Shown here piece by piece: positions 38,821 to 52,233 of a DNA stretch of 64,000 bases (positions are counted from its first letter, which is position 1; each line of letters opens with the position of its first letter). The position numbers were made by a program, and so were the translations under genes. The notes below the pieces were generated by a model. It was not told the origin of the DNA. It worked only from the letters and a program-made list of their open reading frames with translations, and did not search any database. This DNA is from Mytilus californianus (Eukaryota). Location: the NCBI RefSeq assembly GCF_021869535.1, contig NW_026262690.1:108996001-109060000 (forward strand). The letters run 5' to 3'.

Positions 38821-41800
38821 CAGTATTGCAACCTTAGGCGTTACTATTTTAGCGATCAATCAGCGGTCATCGATCAGTCACCGATCAGTCAAAATCGCGT
38901 AAAACTCACGTCACCAATCCGTCAGACTTATGTTAAAAATATTTGACTGATCAGACGGATCGGACCGATCGACCTTTCTGACGTATTGAACTCTACAACG
39001 TCACTTGATGAACTTATACAAATGATGGAATCTTAGTTTCGTTTCATTAATTAAAACGGCGCCATGGAAAATACGAAACTTTCATGTACAAAAGCTCAAC
39101 ATATTTTTTAATAATTATTTAGCAAAGGTTTAAGAATTTGAAAAGAAAAAAAATATGCAGATAAAACTTAATTTAAATGTTAAAATGAAAGAATGGTGAT
39201 TTTCGTTTTTATTTAGATTATATATTTAAACCCGAAAAGTGCTAAAACGTTGTTTATCGCGATTGTTATTTTTTCTATTTTCCGAAAATGCTCTTGAAAA
39301 TGAAATGAAATGATCGGTGTATTATTTTCAATATTTTAAAGTATTTTTGTCCGTATTATCATAAAATTCTTATAAAAAAAATTTTCGGGATATAAAATAA
39401 TTTATTACAAATAACATTGCTGGGTTTGTTTATAAAAAGAAGAAATATTGGTAATTGTTTAATGTTTAAACAATGTGAATGACAATTAGTATCTTCCCCC
39501 CGATATTTATTTAATTTTGTGAAAAACAACCCATTATGATGCAAAAAAAGTAAAAAATATCCAATGGTGGTCAATAACTTCCATTAAAATGAAGAAATGA
39601 TTGCATTCTGATTCAACAGAAACAAAAGTTTATGAATATTCATCCTTAAATTATTCACACTTCATACAAAATTACTTATCTAAAGTCATTCATAATGACT
39701 GATTGCAATTGACATTGCATTATTTCTGATATAGAAGAAGAAATATTTGCATTTTTAAGCAACGCGTACAAAAAATTATGTAAATTTTCTCTTAAATTCA
39801 GTATAATTTTTGAAAAACAACCAATCCTGATTGTACAAAAAAATTACTGAAATTAAATGGCGGTTCATAATTTCTATCAAAATAAAGAAATTATTGCATT
39901 CGTATTCAGCACAAACAAATGTTTAAGTATTTTTTCCTTATATTATTAAAATTTTCATAAAAAAATCTTATCTTGGGGCCTTTAAAAAAAATAGTTACAA
40001 AAAACATTGCATTATTTATTTATCAAAAGAAGAAAAATTGGTTAGTTTTAACAATGCGAACAACATTTTAGTATATTTTCTCTGATATTCTTTTAATTTT
40101 ATGAAAAAACTACCAATCCTAAACTGTAAGAAGTCTAAAAATCCAAAAGCAATCAATAATTTCCATTAAAATGAAGAAATGATTGCATTCTTATTCAACA
40201 AAAACAAAAGTTTATGCATATTTATCCATCCACTATTCACATTCTATATAAACATACTTAGCTTAAGGCATTTTTAATGACTGATTGCAATTGACGTTGC
40301 ATTATTTCTGATATCAAAGAAGAAAAATTTGCATTATTAACCAACACGTACAAAAATTTAGTATCTTTTCCCTGAAATTCAGAATATCTTATGAAAAACA
40401 ACGAATCCTGATGTACAAAAGTACTAAAATTAAATGGCGGTTCATAATTTCTATCAAAATAAAGAAATTATTGCATTCGTATTCAACACAAACAAAAGTT
40501 TCAGTATTTTTTCTCCTTACAATATCAAAATTCTCATTAAAAAATCTTATCTTGAGGCCTTTGAAAAAAATAGTTACAAAAAACATTGCATTTTTTTTTT
40601 TATCAAAAGAAGAAAAATCGGTAAGTTTTAACAATGCGAACAACATTTTAGTATATTTTCTCTGATATTCTTTAAATTTTATATAAAAAACTACCAATCC
40701 TAAACTATAAAAAGTCTAAAAATCCAATAGCAGACAATAATTTCCATTAAAATGAAGAAATGATTGCATTCTTATTCAACAAAAACAAATTTTTATGCAT
40801 ATTTATTCTTCAACTATTCACATTCTATACATACTTATCTAAAGGCATTTATTGCAAAACAACGAATCCTGATGTACAAAAAGTACTAAAATCAAATGGC
40901 GGTTCAAAATTTCTATCAAAATTAAGAAATTATTGCATTAATATTTAACACAAACAAAAGTTTAAGTATTTTTCTCCTTACATTATCAAAATTCTCATTA
41001 AAAAATCTTATTTTGAGGCCTTTGAAACAACTAGTTACAAAAATTTTTGAGTTATTCTTTTTATCAAAAGAAGAAATATTGGTAATTTTAAACAATACGA
41101 ACAACATTTTAGTATATTTTCTCTGATATTCTTTTAATTTTATGAAAAGCAACCAATTCTCAACTATAACAAGTACAAAAATCCAATGGCGATCAATAAA
41201 TTCCATTAAAATAAAGAATGATTGCATGCTTATTCAACAAAAAAAATAAGTTTATGCATATTTATTCATCAATTATTAACATTTTATACAAAACTACTTA
41301 TCTAAAGTTATTTATAATGACTGATTACAATTGACATTGCATTATTTCTGCTATAGAAGAAGAAATATTTGCATTTTTAAGCAACGCGTACAAAAATTAA
41401 GTATCTTTTCCCTGATATTGAGTATAATTTATGAAAAACAACCAATCCTTGTGTACAAAAATTACTGAAATCAAATAGCGGTTCATAATTTCTATCAAAA
41501 TAAAGTAATAATGGCATTCGTATTCCACACAAATAAAAGTTTAAGTATTTTTTCTGCTTACATTATCAAAATTCTCATTAAAAAGTCTAATCTGATGCCT
41601 TTAAAACAAGTAGTTACAAAAAACATTGCATTCTTTTTTATCAAAAGAAGAATAATTGGTTAGTTTTGACAATGCGAACAACATTTTAGTATATTTTCTC
41701 TGATATTCTTTTAATTTTATGAAAAACAACCAATCCTGATGTACAAAAATTACTAAAATCAAATGTGGTTCATAATTTCTATCAAAATAAAGAAACTATT

Positions 41801-43428
41801 GCATTTATATTCAACACAAACAAAAATTTAAGTATCTTTTCTCCTTACATTATCAAAATTCTCATCAAAAAATCTAATCTTGAGGCCTTTGAAACAACTA
41901 GTTACAAAAACATCGCATTCTTTTTTATCTAAAGAAGAATAATTGGTTAGTTTTAACAATGCAAACAACATTTTAGTATATTTTCTCTGATATTCTTTTA
42001 ATGTTATAAAAATAAATTACCAATCCTAAACTATAAAAAGTACAAAAATCCAATGGCGGTCAATAATTTCTATTCAAATGAAGAAATGAATGATTCTCAT
42101 TCAACAAAAACAAAAGTTTATGAATATTTATCCTTAAGTTATTCACACTTCATACAAAATTACTTATCTAAAGTCTGACTGATTGCAATTGACATTGCAT
42201 TATTTCTGATATAGAAGAAGAAATATTTGCATTTTTAAGTAACGCGTACAAATATTTAGTATCTTTTCCATGAAATTCAGCATATCTTATGAAAAACAAC
42301 CAATCCTCATGTACAAAAAGTACTGAAATCAAATAGCGGTTCATAATTTCTATCCAAATAAAGAAATGTTTCCATTTATATTCAACACAAACAAAAGTTT
42401 ATGTATTTTTTTCCTTACATTATCAAAATTCTTATAAAAAAATGTCATCATGAGGCCTTTGAAATAACTAGTTACAAATAAGATTGCATTATTTTGTATC
42501 AAAAGAAGAGAAAACGGTAATTTTAATTAATGCGAACAACATTTTAGTATCTTTTTTTTAACATTCAACACATTTAATGAAAAACAATCAATCCTAATTA
42601 ACAAAAAATACTGATATTTTATGGTTATTCATTATTGCTTTCAAAATAAAGAAATTATTGCATTCTTATTCAACATAGACAAAAGTTTAAGTATTTTAAT
42701 CCTTATTATATTTAAATTCTATATAAAAACTTATCTTGATTGCCTTTAGAATAACTACAGTAATAACAAATAACATTGCATTATTTTTTATAAAAAGAAG
42801 AAATATTTACAGTATTTTAAAACAATAGTCAAAACAACACTCATAATCAACCCAAACAAGGCTTTAAGTATCTTAATTGTTATATTATTTTTATTTTCAT
42901 CATCTAGTGACATTAAAATGCATAATTGCTAAATAGAGTACTTATTTTTAATGATAACATTTTATCGCTTTTTTAGTGGAACAGAAACATTCTGAGCATG
43001 ACATTATTTTGCACTTATGTAATTTATTTGGCAGAAATTAAAATAAGAGAATATGAAGTAATACATATGATGCGTGAAAAGTAATTTATATTTTTTTTAT
43101 GCGTTATTGCAACCAAGTTGATTCCAAATTAAGGAGTAAAGGTGTCTTTGTAGAGGTCTGCGTTTATCGAATGTAAATAATATGGAGTTCGTTTTACATA
43201 AAAAATGTAATTATATACGTATCCGTCCGATCCGTGCATACAATTAAGTAACTGATCGATCGCTGACCGTTGTCACGGTAACTCTCACATAGCTTATTTG
43301 ACGGATCTGTCGGATTCTATGGGTCATCGATCACCGATCAGTCATCGATCAGTCAAACATCCGTCATCGATCATTCACCGATCAGTCAAGTTCACGTCAA
43401 ACAGTAACACCTAAGGTTGCAAGTACTG
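38821..43428. mobile_element. Non-autonomous TIR DNA transposon (TA target duplication, CAGT...ACTG ends, Tc1/mariner-like) carrying a satellite array
   Basis: Left CAGTATTGCAACCTTAGGCGTTACT versus reverse complement of right end CAGTACTTGCAACCTTAGGTGTTACT; TA at 38819-20 and 43429-30; no transposase ORF. Confidence 0.8.
39400..42820. repeat. Tandem array of ~290-bp monomers in two alternating variants (A/B)
   Basis: Anchor GAAAAACAACCAATCC-like at about 39521, 39812, 40103, 40393, 40684, 40854, 41144, 41433, 41721, 42010, 42291 and 42579; spacing 281-291 bp, with one 170-bp truncated unit. Confidence 0.9.
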
Positions 43429-46400
43429 TAGGACACATTCGACAAGTAGCACAGATAGAAGTCTCAAAGTGCAAAGAAATTGATTCCAAAATAAAATTGC
43501 AATCATAGATGTTTTCAAATCAAGTGTTGTTTTTAAAATCGTTGGTTTTTACTCAAGGATTATTTCTAACTGATTACGTAACCGCATATATATTTGGTTT
43601 TCGGGGAAGGATAACATAGGTTATATCAAAGGTCAACATTTTTTTATTTGTCGGTTCTAACGTCATACATATTGTAGTCCTCGTTGAAAAAGAAAAAAAA
43701 ACCAGTTAATTGCCTTTTGCATAAAGATTTCTTGCACCTTATCACAAATTTCTGACTTACAGACAATTTTTAACGTATAACAAAAGCCCTTCCCTCGATA
43801 GATGCATTTTCTGTTGAACGAAAACCCGCCTTTAGTTTGCAAGGAAACAAGACATTTCAGGATAACAGATACCTATATTGTGTTAAAAAGTATAACGATG
43901 TGTATTCAGATCCCTGTAAGCAAACGCGTTGGTACATGATCTGTATTTTGATCATTGCAAATTCAAGGACATTACTATATATATGTCTGTTGCAAAACAT
44001 ACCATCTATTTCGCTGATATAGTAGCCATTATTGGTTAAGGGACAACCTTTAGCCCGCATCTTGATGCGGAGTTTTCTTGCTATGTTGAAGACCCATTGA
44101 TGATTTTGGATTGTTTTTTAAAGGGGCTCTTTGGTCCTGTTGTTGTCTCCTTGACATATTCCTTGTTTCCATTCTCTATTCCAAGTTTAGGTTTTCTATT
44201 AGGGAAAATAAAAGCAAAGTCAGCTGTACAATATTAATATTGGTGAATATTTAACCTTATTTTTTTTTAATCCAAATTTCAATGTATTTAAAAGAATAAA
44301 AAATCAATTGATAACGTCACAAACAATATAATTTAACAATCTAAAGCTACAGGTAAACTATTGATTGAGGTGCATTAACATATGTACTGGCAATATCATG
44401 ATTTAAAGGAGATAATGGAGTGGTACCATTTCAATGTCCGCAACGAACAAAACAGACATAACAGTCTTATCATCTTTCATTTTATTGTTAGAATCTCTCA
44501 CCAGAGGAAACAGCTCCTCATTCCAACATACTGCATTTCCTATCTGAAAAAAACTAAAAAACAGTAGCGCTCCAAACTGGAAAAGTTCATTTCACAATCA
44601 TAAGTCTGAAGACAAACATGATAGATACTTTTAATTTGGAAATCAATTCCATTTAACGTAGTTTTATACCCTTAATTATTGTTAATTGCAGAAAATAGTC
44701 ATGACATATGAAGGCATCTTTCGATATTGATTACCAATAAGAATTTGAAGTATAAAAAAAAGAAAGTGAACATTACAAAGCTAAAAATGATGGGTACATT
44801 AATCAGTGCCATCTTTTACACTCCATATTATGCGCAATGTATGGTGTATGGGTATAGGAATCAAATTACGTTAAAAAGAATACACTAAGTAATGACACTG
44901 TGTGTAAAATTGGCACCTTGTTTAGCTCCCACCAATTGTACCCGAAGACAGCAACACTCATGCGGTTACCTGTTGAAGACATGGGGATAATTATATATCA
45001 TGTCATACTGCAGGAAATATCAATTAACCTGCTGGTATGGGGCTTAACTAAATAAAGCGATTATACTATTAATAGTTATTGCGACCATGACTTTCAAGTT
45101 TTAATTAATAAATCCTACTAACCACACACACTGATATCGATTCTATCTTGCTGATAGTGTAATATAATTTCAAATATATGTTTTGAAATACATTTAAACA
45201 AATTTGTTATTGCCGTTGGTGATGTTTTCAAGTAACGTTGCGAACTTTAAAAATCATGTGTTATGCTAAAAGGTAAAGGGACACTTCAAAACGTAGCCTG
45301 GTAAATTAAGAATTGCTTTCAATTTTTCACATCGAAACGACCCATCAAATACGAATTTCTTCTATGGCTGAAATGATAAAAATGTGAAATCAGTGGATTG
45401 TCAACTAAAACTATGCAAAATTAACCAGATTATAATAAGTTATACAAATTAACATGTGAAACGAACAATGGCAAATGAGCTATTCACAGTCATGTACGAA
45501 ATGAATAAAAATCAATAATATTGGTTAATAAAATTGAACGTTATGTCATATATTTGCTACATAAGTATATATACATGGTCGTCCTCGTTTTCTCCATTGT
45601 GAGATAATTTTTGAATTCGACTCATCTGCAATTTTAACTTGGAATTAGCGTCACAGATTGTGCCACTTATGAATGTAATGCAGAAGGAACTGTTTACTCG
45701 GCACATATAAAAATGCAGTAATCTAGAAAAAATGAACACTCTAAGCAAAGATTGTTCGCGTTACAATACACTTCAGTTTGACTAGTCACCACATTTATGG
45801 CATGTGTCTGAGCAACTCAGGTTTTTACCTGGTTTTACGAATTACGTATTATTTAATCTCTGTGTAGTGTTGTTTTTTGTTCATCTTTTTTCTTTTGTTA
45901 CCTTTTTTCGCATTAGATTTTAGATAGACTCCTGTGCCTCTTCTCGTTCTTTTTTTTAACCTTTTGAGAATATTTTAAATGTCAACAATGTAGATATTTA
46001 ACGAATATTCATAATGATATTAATATGATTGATACCTGGAAAATAAGTAAAGTGTTATTTTAGGTTACATTAAAAGTATCATACAAGATGTCAAAATAGA
46101 TACTGAAGACACAAACTTGTTTTATAATATGACTTGATTAACTGAAGATGAGCTGATTAAAAATTACTTGACTAAAATAGTCACGTGTAATAAAGTGAAA
46201 TTTAACATATAAATTGCATAAATATACAGAAAATCAAAATGTGTTGATTAATTCCAAAAAAAGTATTTTTCAAAAATTATATTTATACAATTATATAAAG
46301 ATATAACACTATTATTAGTTAGGCAGAAGAAGTTATTTTTAGATTTAGACTTATAACAATGCTAGTATGTTAGTAAAAATCAATGTTCACGCAAAGCACA

Positions 46401-47666
46401 ATGTATAAGATTAAACTACTTAATGAAAAGAAAACAATCTAATGAGAACTTGAAACAAAAAAAAAACAACAAAAAATCCAACCGAATTCAGATAATACTA
46501 TACGAGAAATCCATTAGTTCCCTTTATAATTATTTTTTTACTTTTCAAGTCGTGCAAAAAAATGTTTTGTCCCAGAATGCTCAAAACATAAACAAAATAA
46601 AACACATTACTAATATAATGATAGTAATTAAAGTAATTCTACAATATGCAATGCATTTTTTTTTATCTTCAATGTACTTAAATCTTTTATGGTTAATCAT
46701 AGTGACCTCACTGTTCATTCATCATAAAGTAGCATTCAAAGTTAAGGTATTGTAAACCACATGTAGGATGCTTATAAATATACTATATAAGTATCCATAA
46801 TAAATCAATTTAATTGCACATAAATATATAATTTATCACTGACTGTCCCAATATCTCTTGAAAGTTTAATTTTCGATACATTATACTAATAACGAAAATA
46901 TGTAACAAATTATTGTAAATTTGCAAGTGTGGATACTTCTAGTGAATACATTAGTCTAAAAAAATATTTAGTGTATTTATAAAGCAAACCCGAAAGTTCA
47001 GCATTTTGTCGTGCCGACATGTAAAATCCATATAAGAAACTTTTATTTATACAATGTACCGCAATGGAGTATACATTTCCTTACTATCATTATTAAAAGA
47101 CTATTAAGATTTAGTAGATTTGGTTTTCAGGCTCCGCAACTAAATAATTTTTAGATATATTCGGCCTACGTCCTCTTTAAGCAAAGTGTCTATAAAATCG
47201 GATCATTTAACATAAGATGAAGAAAACTATATTAATACATGTAAAAACAAAAACACCAAACAATAAAAACTTCTACAGAATGATTAACTACTTTTGTTTT
47301 TATTTGCTTGGTAATTTTATATGAAGATATTTTTTGGTAGGTTATAATATCTTGAAAAACCACCTTATCAATATCAAATAATTAAAAGAGAAGCAAAAGT
47401 TCCCGAAAGGATATTCAAACCCATTAGTCAAAAATATACCGACAACGCCATAGCAAAAAAGAAGTAAAAAGATAAAACAAAAACGTACAACTGTGCACAC
47501 AACACAACATTAAAACTAAAGACTGAGCACCACGAACCCTACCAAAACCAGTGGTATTCTTAGCTGCCGATGAAGGAAGGGTAATCAGATTCTGTTCTAC
47601 ATGTGGCACCAGCCCAACAGACTGTTTTTATATCTTCAAATGCAAACTCTGCAGTTATTTTGCATA

Positions 47667-48592
47667 CGTTCCAGACCATATGAGTATTTGGACCGTACTC
47701 GTACGGTCTAGTACGAGATGGACCATACATGTATTTGGACCATATGGGTTTATTTTAGACAAACATTTATCAAAAAAGTTTTATTGAGTTTTACAAATTA
47801 ATATCATTACCATTAGATGAATAAAAGGAATAAGTTAACATTTAATCAATTGAAACTAAATAATTTTGTATTTAATTGTATTTAATTGTCTGTCTAAATC
47901 TTATTTTGACACTTTCGCCCTAGGTGACAATTGCTGCCACAAGGAACATCCGATTTCTTACATTCACATATTTTGTTCATGCATGTTCCTTTGCATTTGC
48001 ATCTCTTGCTTGTAAGAGGCAAGCTTGCTTGTTTTGTGCCAGCATGCAATGCAATTCCTTCTGTTTTCCAATGTGCAGTTTCAATTTTGCGTGTCAAAAG
48101 TTCTATATAGCCCATAACATAACAAGAGTTCAATATGCCAAATTCACATAATAGTTTGTACAAACTTGCATCCTTACCAATAATATCATCAACCCTACAT
48201 CTCCCGATGCTCTTCTCTCAGTAACAAAGCTACCTTTTTCAATCTTTGCATTTTTTTCGACACTTTTTAATAATATTTTCTTATTGTAATTTGAACAGAT
48301 TTTTTATAATTTCTGTCCAGTATCACCGTATTCTGTCGTGATATACAGGAGATTAACTTGTAGATAGTTAAAACTTTAAGTTTTTATTCCAATTATAATT
48401 GAACTTTTTATATTAATTCGAGATTTCAGTTATGTTGATCTGTAATATACATTTGTATCTAATAAACTTGACCAATTTTTTATAATCTGGCAGACCATAC
48501 GCGTACAGTCCAACCGTATGCGTATTTTAAAAAAGTACGCATACGGTCAGGACCGTACGCGTACGGTCCAAATATTCATATGGTCTGGAACA
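47667..48592 (-). mobile_element. Ginger2/TDD-like DNA transposon deletion derivative
   Basis: TIRs of ~40 bp (GTTCCAGACCATATGARTATTTGGACCGTACKCGTACGGTC); 4-bp TSD CATA at 47663-66 and 48593-96; right end ...ACA, left end CGT (TGT mutated); residual frame ends in CKCKGTCMNKICECKKSDVPCGSNCHLGRKCQNK, the Cys-rich tail of KRBA2/Ginger2-type integrases. Confidence 0.7.
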
Positions 48593-48997
48593 CATATACA
48601 TGTTCAAATATAGGGATGTTTTATGATTGAAACAAATTTCAACGACAGTTAAGCTGATGTGGATAAAGCTTATTGTACGGCATTAATCAATTAAAAAAAT
48701 AATGCAGTATAGTCTGCAATAAAACGCAAATAAATGCAAAATGTGAAAACACTGCAGACGAGAAATTTAACGATCTATTTGATAACTATACAATTTACGA
48801 AAAACACATTTGGCAGTTATGACAAACTGTAAGAATCAGATGCAAATGGCCTAACTCAATATATCGATACGAAGCACAAAACAAACATAAAACATATCAA
48901 CGACAAAAGAGTTACTTAAAAGCTAGTTCAAAACCAATTTCAACTAATACATAAATAATGATATCCAAAGTTTGAGGATCTTTTTGTATAGACGTAC

Positions 48998-49048
48998 CAG
49001 AGTAGATATTTTCATCCGAGTTGGGCATGTCAATATGGTATATTATTT
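48998..49048 (-). CDS. Candidate short linker exon after EGF: (E)IIYHIDMPNSDENIYS(G)
   Basis: Acceptor tactttaaAG (alternative AG gives upper bound 49060), donor GTACGT; phase 1/1 and open, but the preceding intron is only 57 nt and no domain is recognised. Confidence 0.3.
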
Positions 49049-49105
49049 CTTTAAAGTATCCTGTATATATGCCATGAACACGTACATTTTTATTTTCCTC
49101 CTTAC

Positions 49106-49216
49106 CTGTACATGTATCACCGGTCCAGTTACCAATGCATGAACAAACTAAATCACCATAACTGTTTTGACTACAAAATCCACCGTTTGAACAATAGTCA
49201 GGATGACAGGAGTAGT
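49106..49216 (-). CDS. EGF-like domain exon (D)YSCHPDYCSNGGFCSQNSYGDLVCSCIGNWTGDTCT
   Basis: Six Cys in EGF spacing with NGG and GxxC; acceptor ttttctttttaaAG, donor GTAAGG; 111 nt, symmetric phase 1/1, typical of EGF module exons. Confidence 0.9.
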
Positions 49217-52081
49217 CTTTAAAAAGAAAAACTTTTCTTATCCAGATTTTAACATGAAGTTCTAATTTCTTCATTTATGTAAAATATGAAAATGAAAAGC
49301 AGCAAAACTGTTTAAATTCATTATTGTTCCGAAATTGATGATAACATTTGTATGACAATTACTATTTTAGATAATTTAATTTAATGACAACACTGCCCTA
49401 GGTTATAAAAAGTGTTCAGAAAAAGAGGATCGCTGATCCGCAAATACTAACGACAGGAACAAATGACAGATCTTCTCAGTTGGTAACTGGTTTATTAAGG
49501 AAAAGTAACTTTATCTAACGAACTTCTTGACAAAATTATATTTTCATAAAACCTTCACAACCTTACAAAAAGTATTTTCGAACCTATTGGGCATGCATAC
49601 CATTGACATTGAAGAAAAACAAGTAAGCAGGGTTTAATGATGCTAAGATTGTTGATTAGGTTCCAGGAGCTGGACTACATATTCCAAAAGAAAACGACAT
49701 AGTTTTAAAAGGTGCAATATGCGAGTTGAATATTACCATGTTGCACAATGTATAATATCCACACAGGGAACGCAGTTTATTGATGATGGATATGATACAA
49801 ATGTTGATTGGAACAAGAACTCCTGAAATATATGTGATATATTCGATAATTCATGGACAGTGAACGTATGATGAACAATTGAGATTTAGCACTGCACAAC
49901 GCCCCAAATCAAATCGGGCTGTTATAAGCCAAAAATTAGAGTCGTTTCACATTACAACAGATACGCGTGATAAGGGTCAAAATTATGATAGTTATTCTTA
50001 TATAATGGGTCACGTTCCTTTCGTCGGTCCTCAGGACAACAAATTTTTCAGCCAAAAGTACATGCAAACCAGACGACCTAAACGAAAGTGATTCCATGTT
50101 AAACTTTGAACGACATTAAAATGCCAAAACATACAGGCAAGTTATCAATCTGTTTCACCGAACTGATATAAAAAATTCCGAAATATATTTACTTGATTAC
50201 CCACTTTTATCAAGTGCATCGCCTTAATTGTCTGTCTTTAAATTTAGTTTTCTTTTAGATCTTTCATATCCTCGTTTATCGCAAATTTAAAACAAATGAA
50301 CGGTGCATATGTGAGGCCTAGTGTAAATCGAATAGACAAAGAGGCCGGGCGTGTTTCTAGTTCTTATAAATCTAGGTCAATCCTAATTTCACGAATCTCC
50401 TATTAGGTTTGGTTAGAGATGGAAAAGGGAGCAATCAATTTACAGAAAGAAATAATTTATCTTACACTCGAAATAGAGGTTGGTAGGTGAAAGGGAACGA
50501 TCAACTCACTGCCCCCCTCAGGCACATATATCTTCAACGGACAACGTTGACACATCGTAGGGTCCCCGATATGCTATTTCAAATTTTTAAATTTGGAGTT
50601 GTTTATCTGACTGGAAGTTTCAACAATATCAAGGGCTTATCGGTATCCACTATTTCCTAATTATGGATATAGACTTGCAGTATTACCCGCTATTAACAAT
50701 CTGCATCTTTCTACTGTATATTGGTAGTTTTCAACACCATTAGTTCGTTTATAAATTAAAGTAACTCTCGCATTTGTTGGGTGTTATTTTTTTCCCAGCA
50801 TTATCACTTTGATCGGTTATTTAACTTTTGAAGTGAAGACAAAACGATGTTATTTTTCGCTAGATATTTGTATTAAGTTAGCAAAATCGAATTGTTCAGA
50901 CATTAATCGTAGCTTGGCTACAATAAATATACAGATAAGAATACGAAAAGAGTCATGTGTTCGAACATTATTAAGAAGAACAGTGAGGGTAGTCAGGCAT
51001 TTCTCAATTGCATCACTCCTACTAATAGATATTGTTTCAGGGGAAAAAGTAAAAAAATAAATTCAGCTATGTTGATAACTTATCGAAAGTTCAACAGGCT
51101 AAAATTTATATTTTCGCCTTTAAGAGTCGATACCCAATTATCTATTCATATCAAGAAAAAAAAAATGGTCGCTACACTTTATACAATTTCAACAATATAA
51201 ATGCTTTTTCCCATTTGAAGCAACAGGCAGCAACACTGTTTTGAAACCTACAAACCAATGAAAATCTAACAAACTAAAACGCATGCAAAGTGATTGCATA
51301 TAAAAATAAAAGTTTTCATGAAAGTTTTAATTATTGCTGTTCTACATGTAAGTCGAAAGTTTTAGTTTTGAACATAAAATAAAACTATTCCAGTAAAAGA
51401 TAGTTTCTTTATCTAACGGTTTAATTGAGCTATCTTCACCGTCTTTGTGTCATTTATAACATATCTTTGTATATAGCCGCATCTGAATGACATATTTATT
51501 TCGTGTAAGCACTTTGATAAAGTAGCAAGTCACCTACAGGTATGTTTAAAAAAGTTTAGTCATAGATTTTCGTTTGTTTCAACGTGAATAATATATAGGT
51601 GTAATCTTCATCTCTATAACATTATACTTATAATAGTACAATTGTATGCTAGTAAATGTCATGGTTTATTTATGACCATATCGATGTTTTTTCGTCATGC
51701 AATGTCCTTACAATAGCTACACGACGGGAGACAAATTGGGAGCAGGACCAGCTAACCTTTCAGGAGCATTTGCTATCACCCAAAGTTTTGGTTGTTGGGT
51801 TTGTTGGGAATTGTGTTGCTCAGTCTTAATTTTGTTGTATTTTGTATACTGTTGTTTGTCTTTCTGATCGTTTTTCTTGTTTTTGCCATGCCATTGTGTT
51901 AGTTTTTCATTTTGCTAGTGTTTGCTTCTCTTTTGAAAATATGAATAACTACTGTACTTAGTACGTGTTTATTACACAACATATTCCAAATTAGCAATAA
52001 GGATTGAATCAAGCAGATTAATTCAGACTACAACCTTTTATTATCATTGTTTTTTCAATAAGAAGTAATGTAAAAGCTTAC

Positions 52082-52233
52082 CGTCACAATTATCAAAATC
52101 ACTTGCTTGAAGACTGTATAAATCTGTATTATTCCGATCCAAACATTTTATGATATATATGATATGCCCGACACTCTTTGACTTTGACCAGGACCAAAAG
52201 GCAACGTTACAACCACATACTAAATCCAGAATC
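52082..52233 (-). CDS. LRR C-terminal cap exon A: ILDLVCGCNVAFWSWSKSKSVGHIIYIIKCLDRNNTDLYSLQASDFDNCD
   Basis: Acceptor tttcaatttcaaacAG, donor GTAAGC; 152 nt, phase 2 to 1; CxC...W...C...C pattern of LRR-CT caps; joins the EGF exon in frame. Confidence 0.88.

Noticed and set aside
40389-41227. ORFs of 62-102 aa in the satellite
   Set aside because: By-products of the 290-bp array.
48912-49274. 120-aa ORF as a stand-alone EGF protein
   Set aside because: Only 49106-49216 is bounded by splice sites; the flanks are read-through of intron sequence.
50466-50573. 108-nt candidate exon with CQRCP between LRR-CT-A and EGF
   Set aside because: The phase-1 frame required here contains TGA; the frame with CQRCP is phase 0, and the acceptor is weak.
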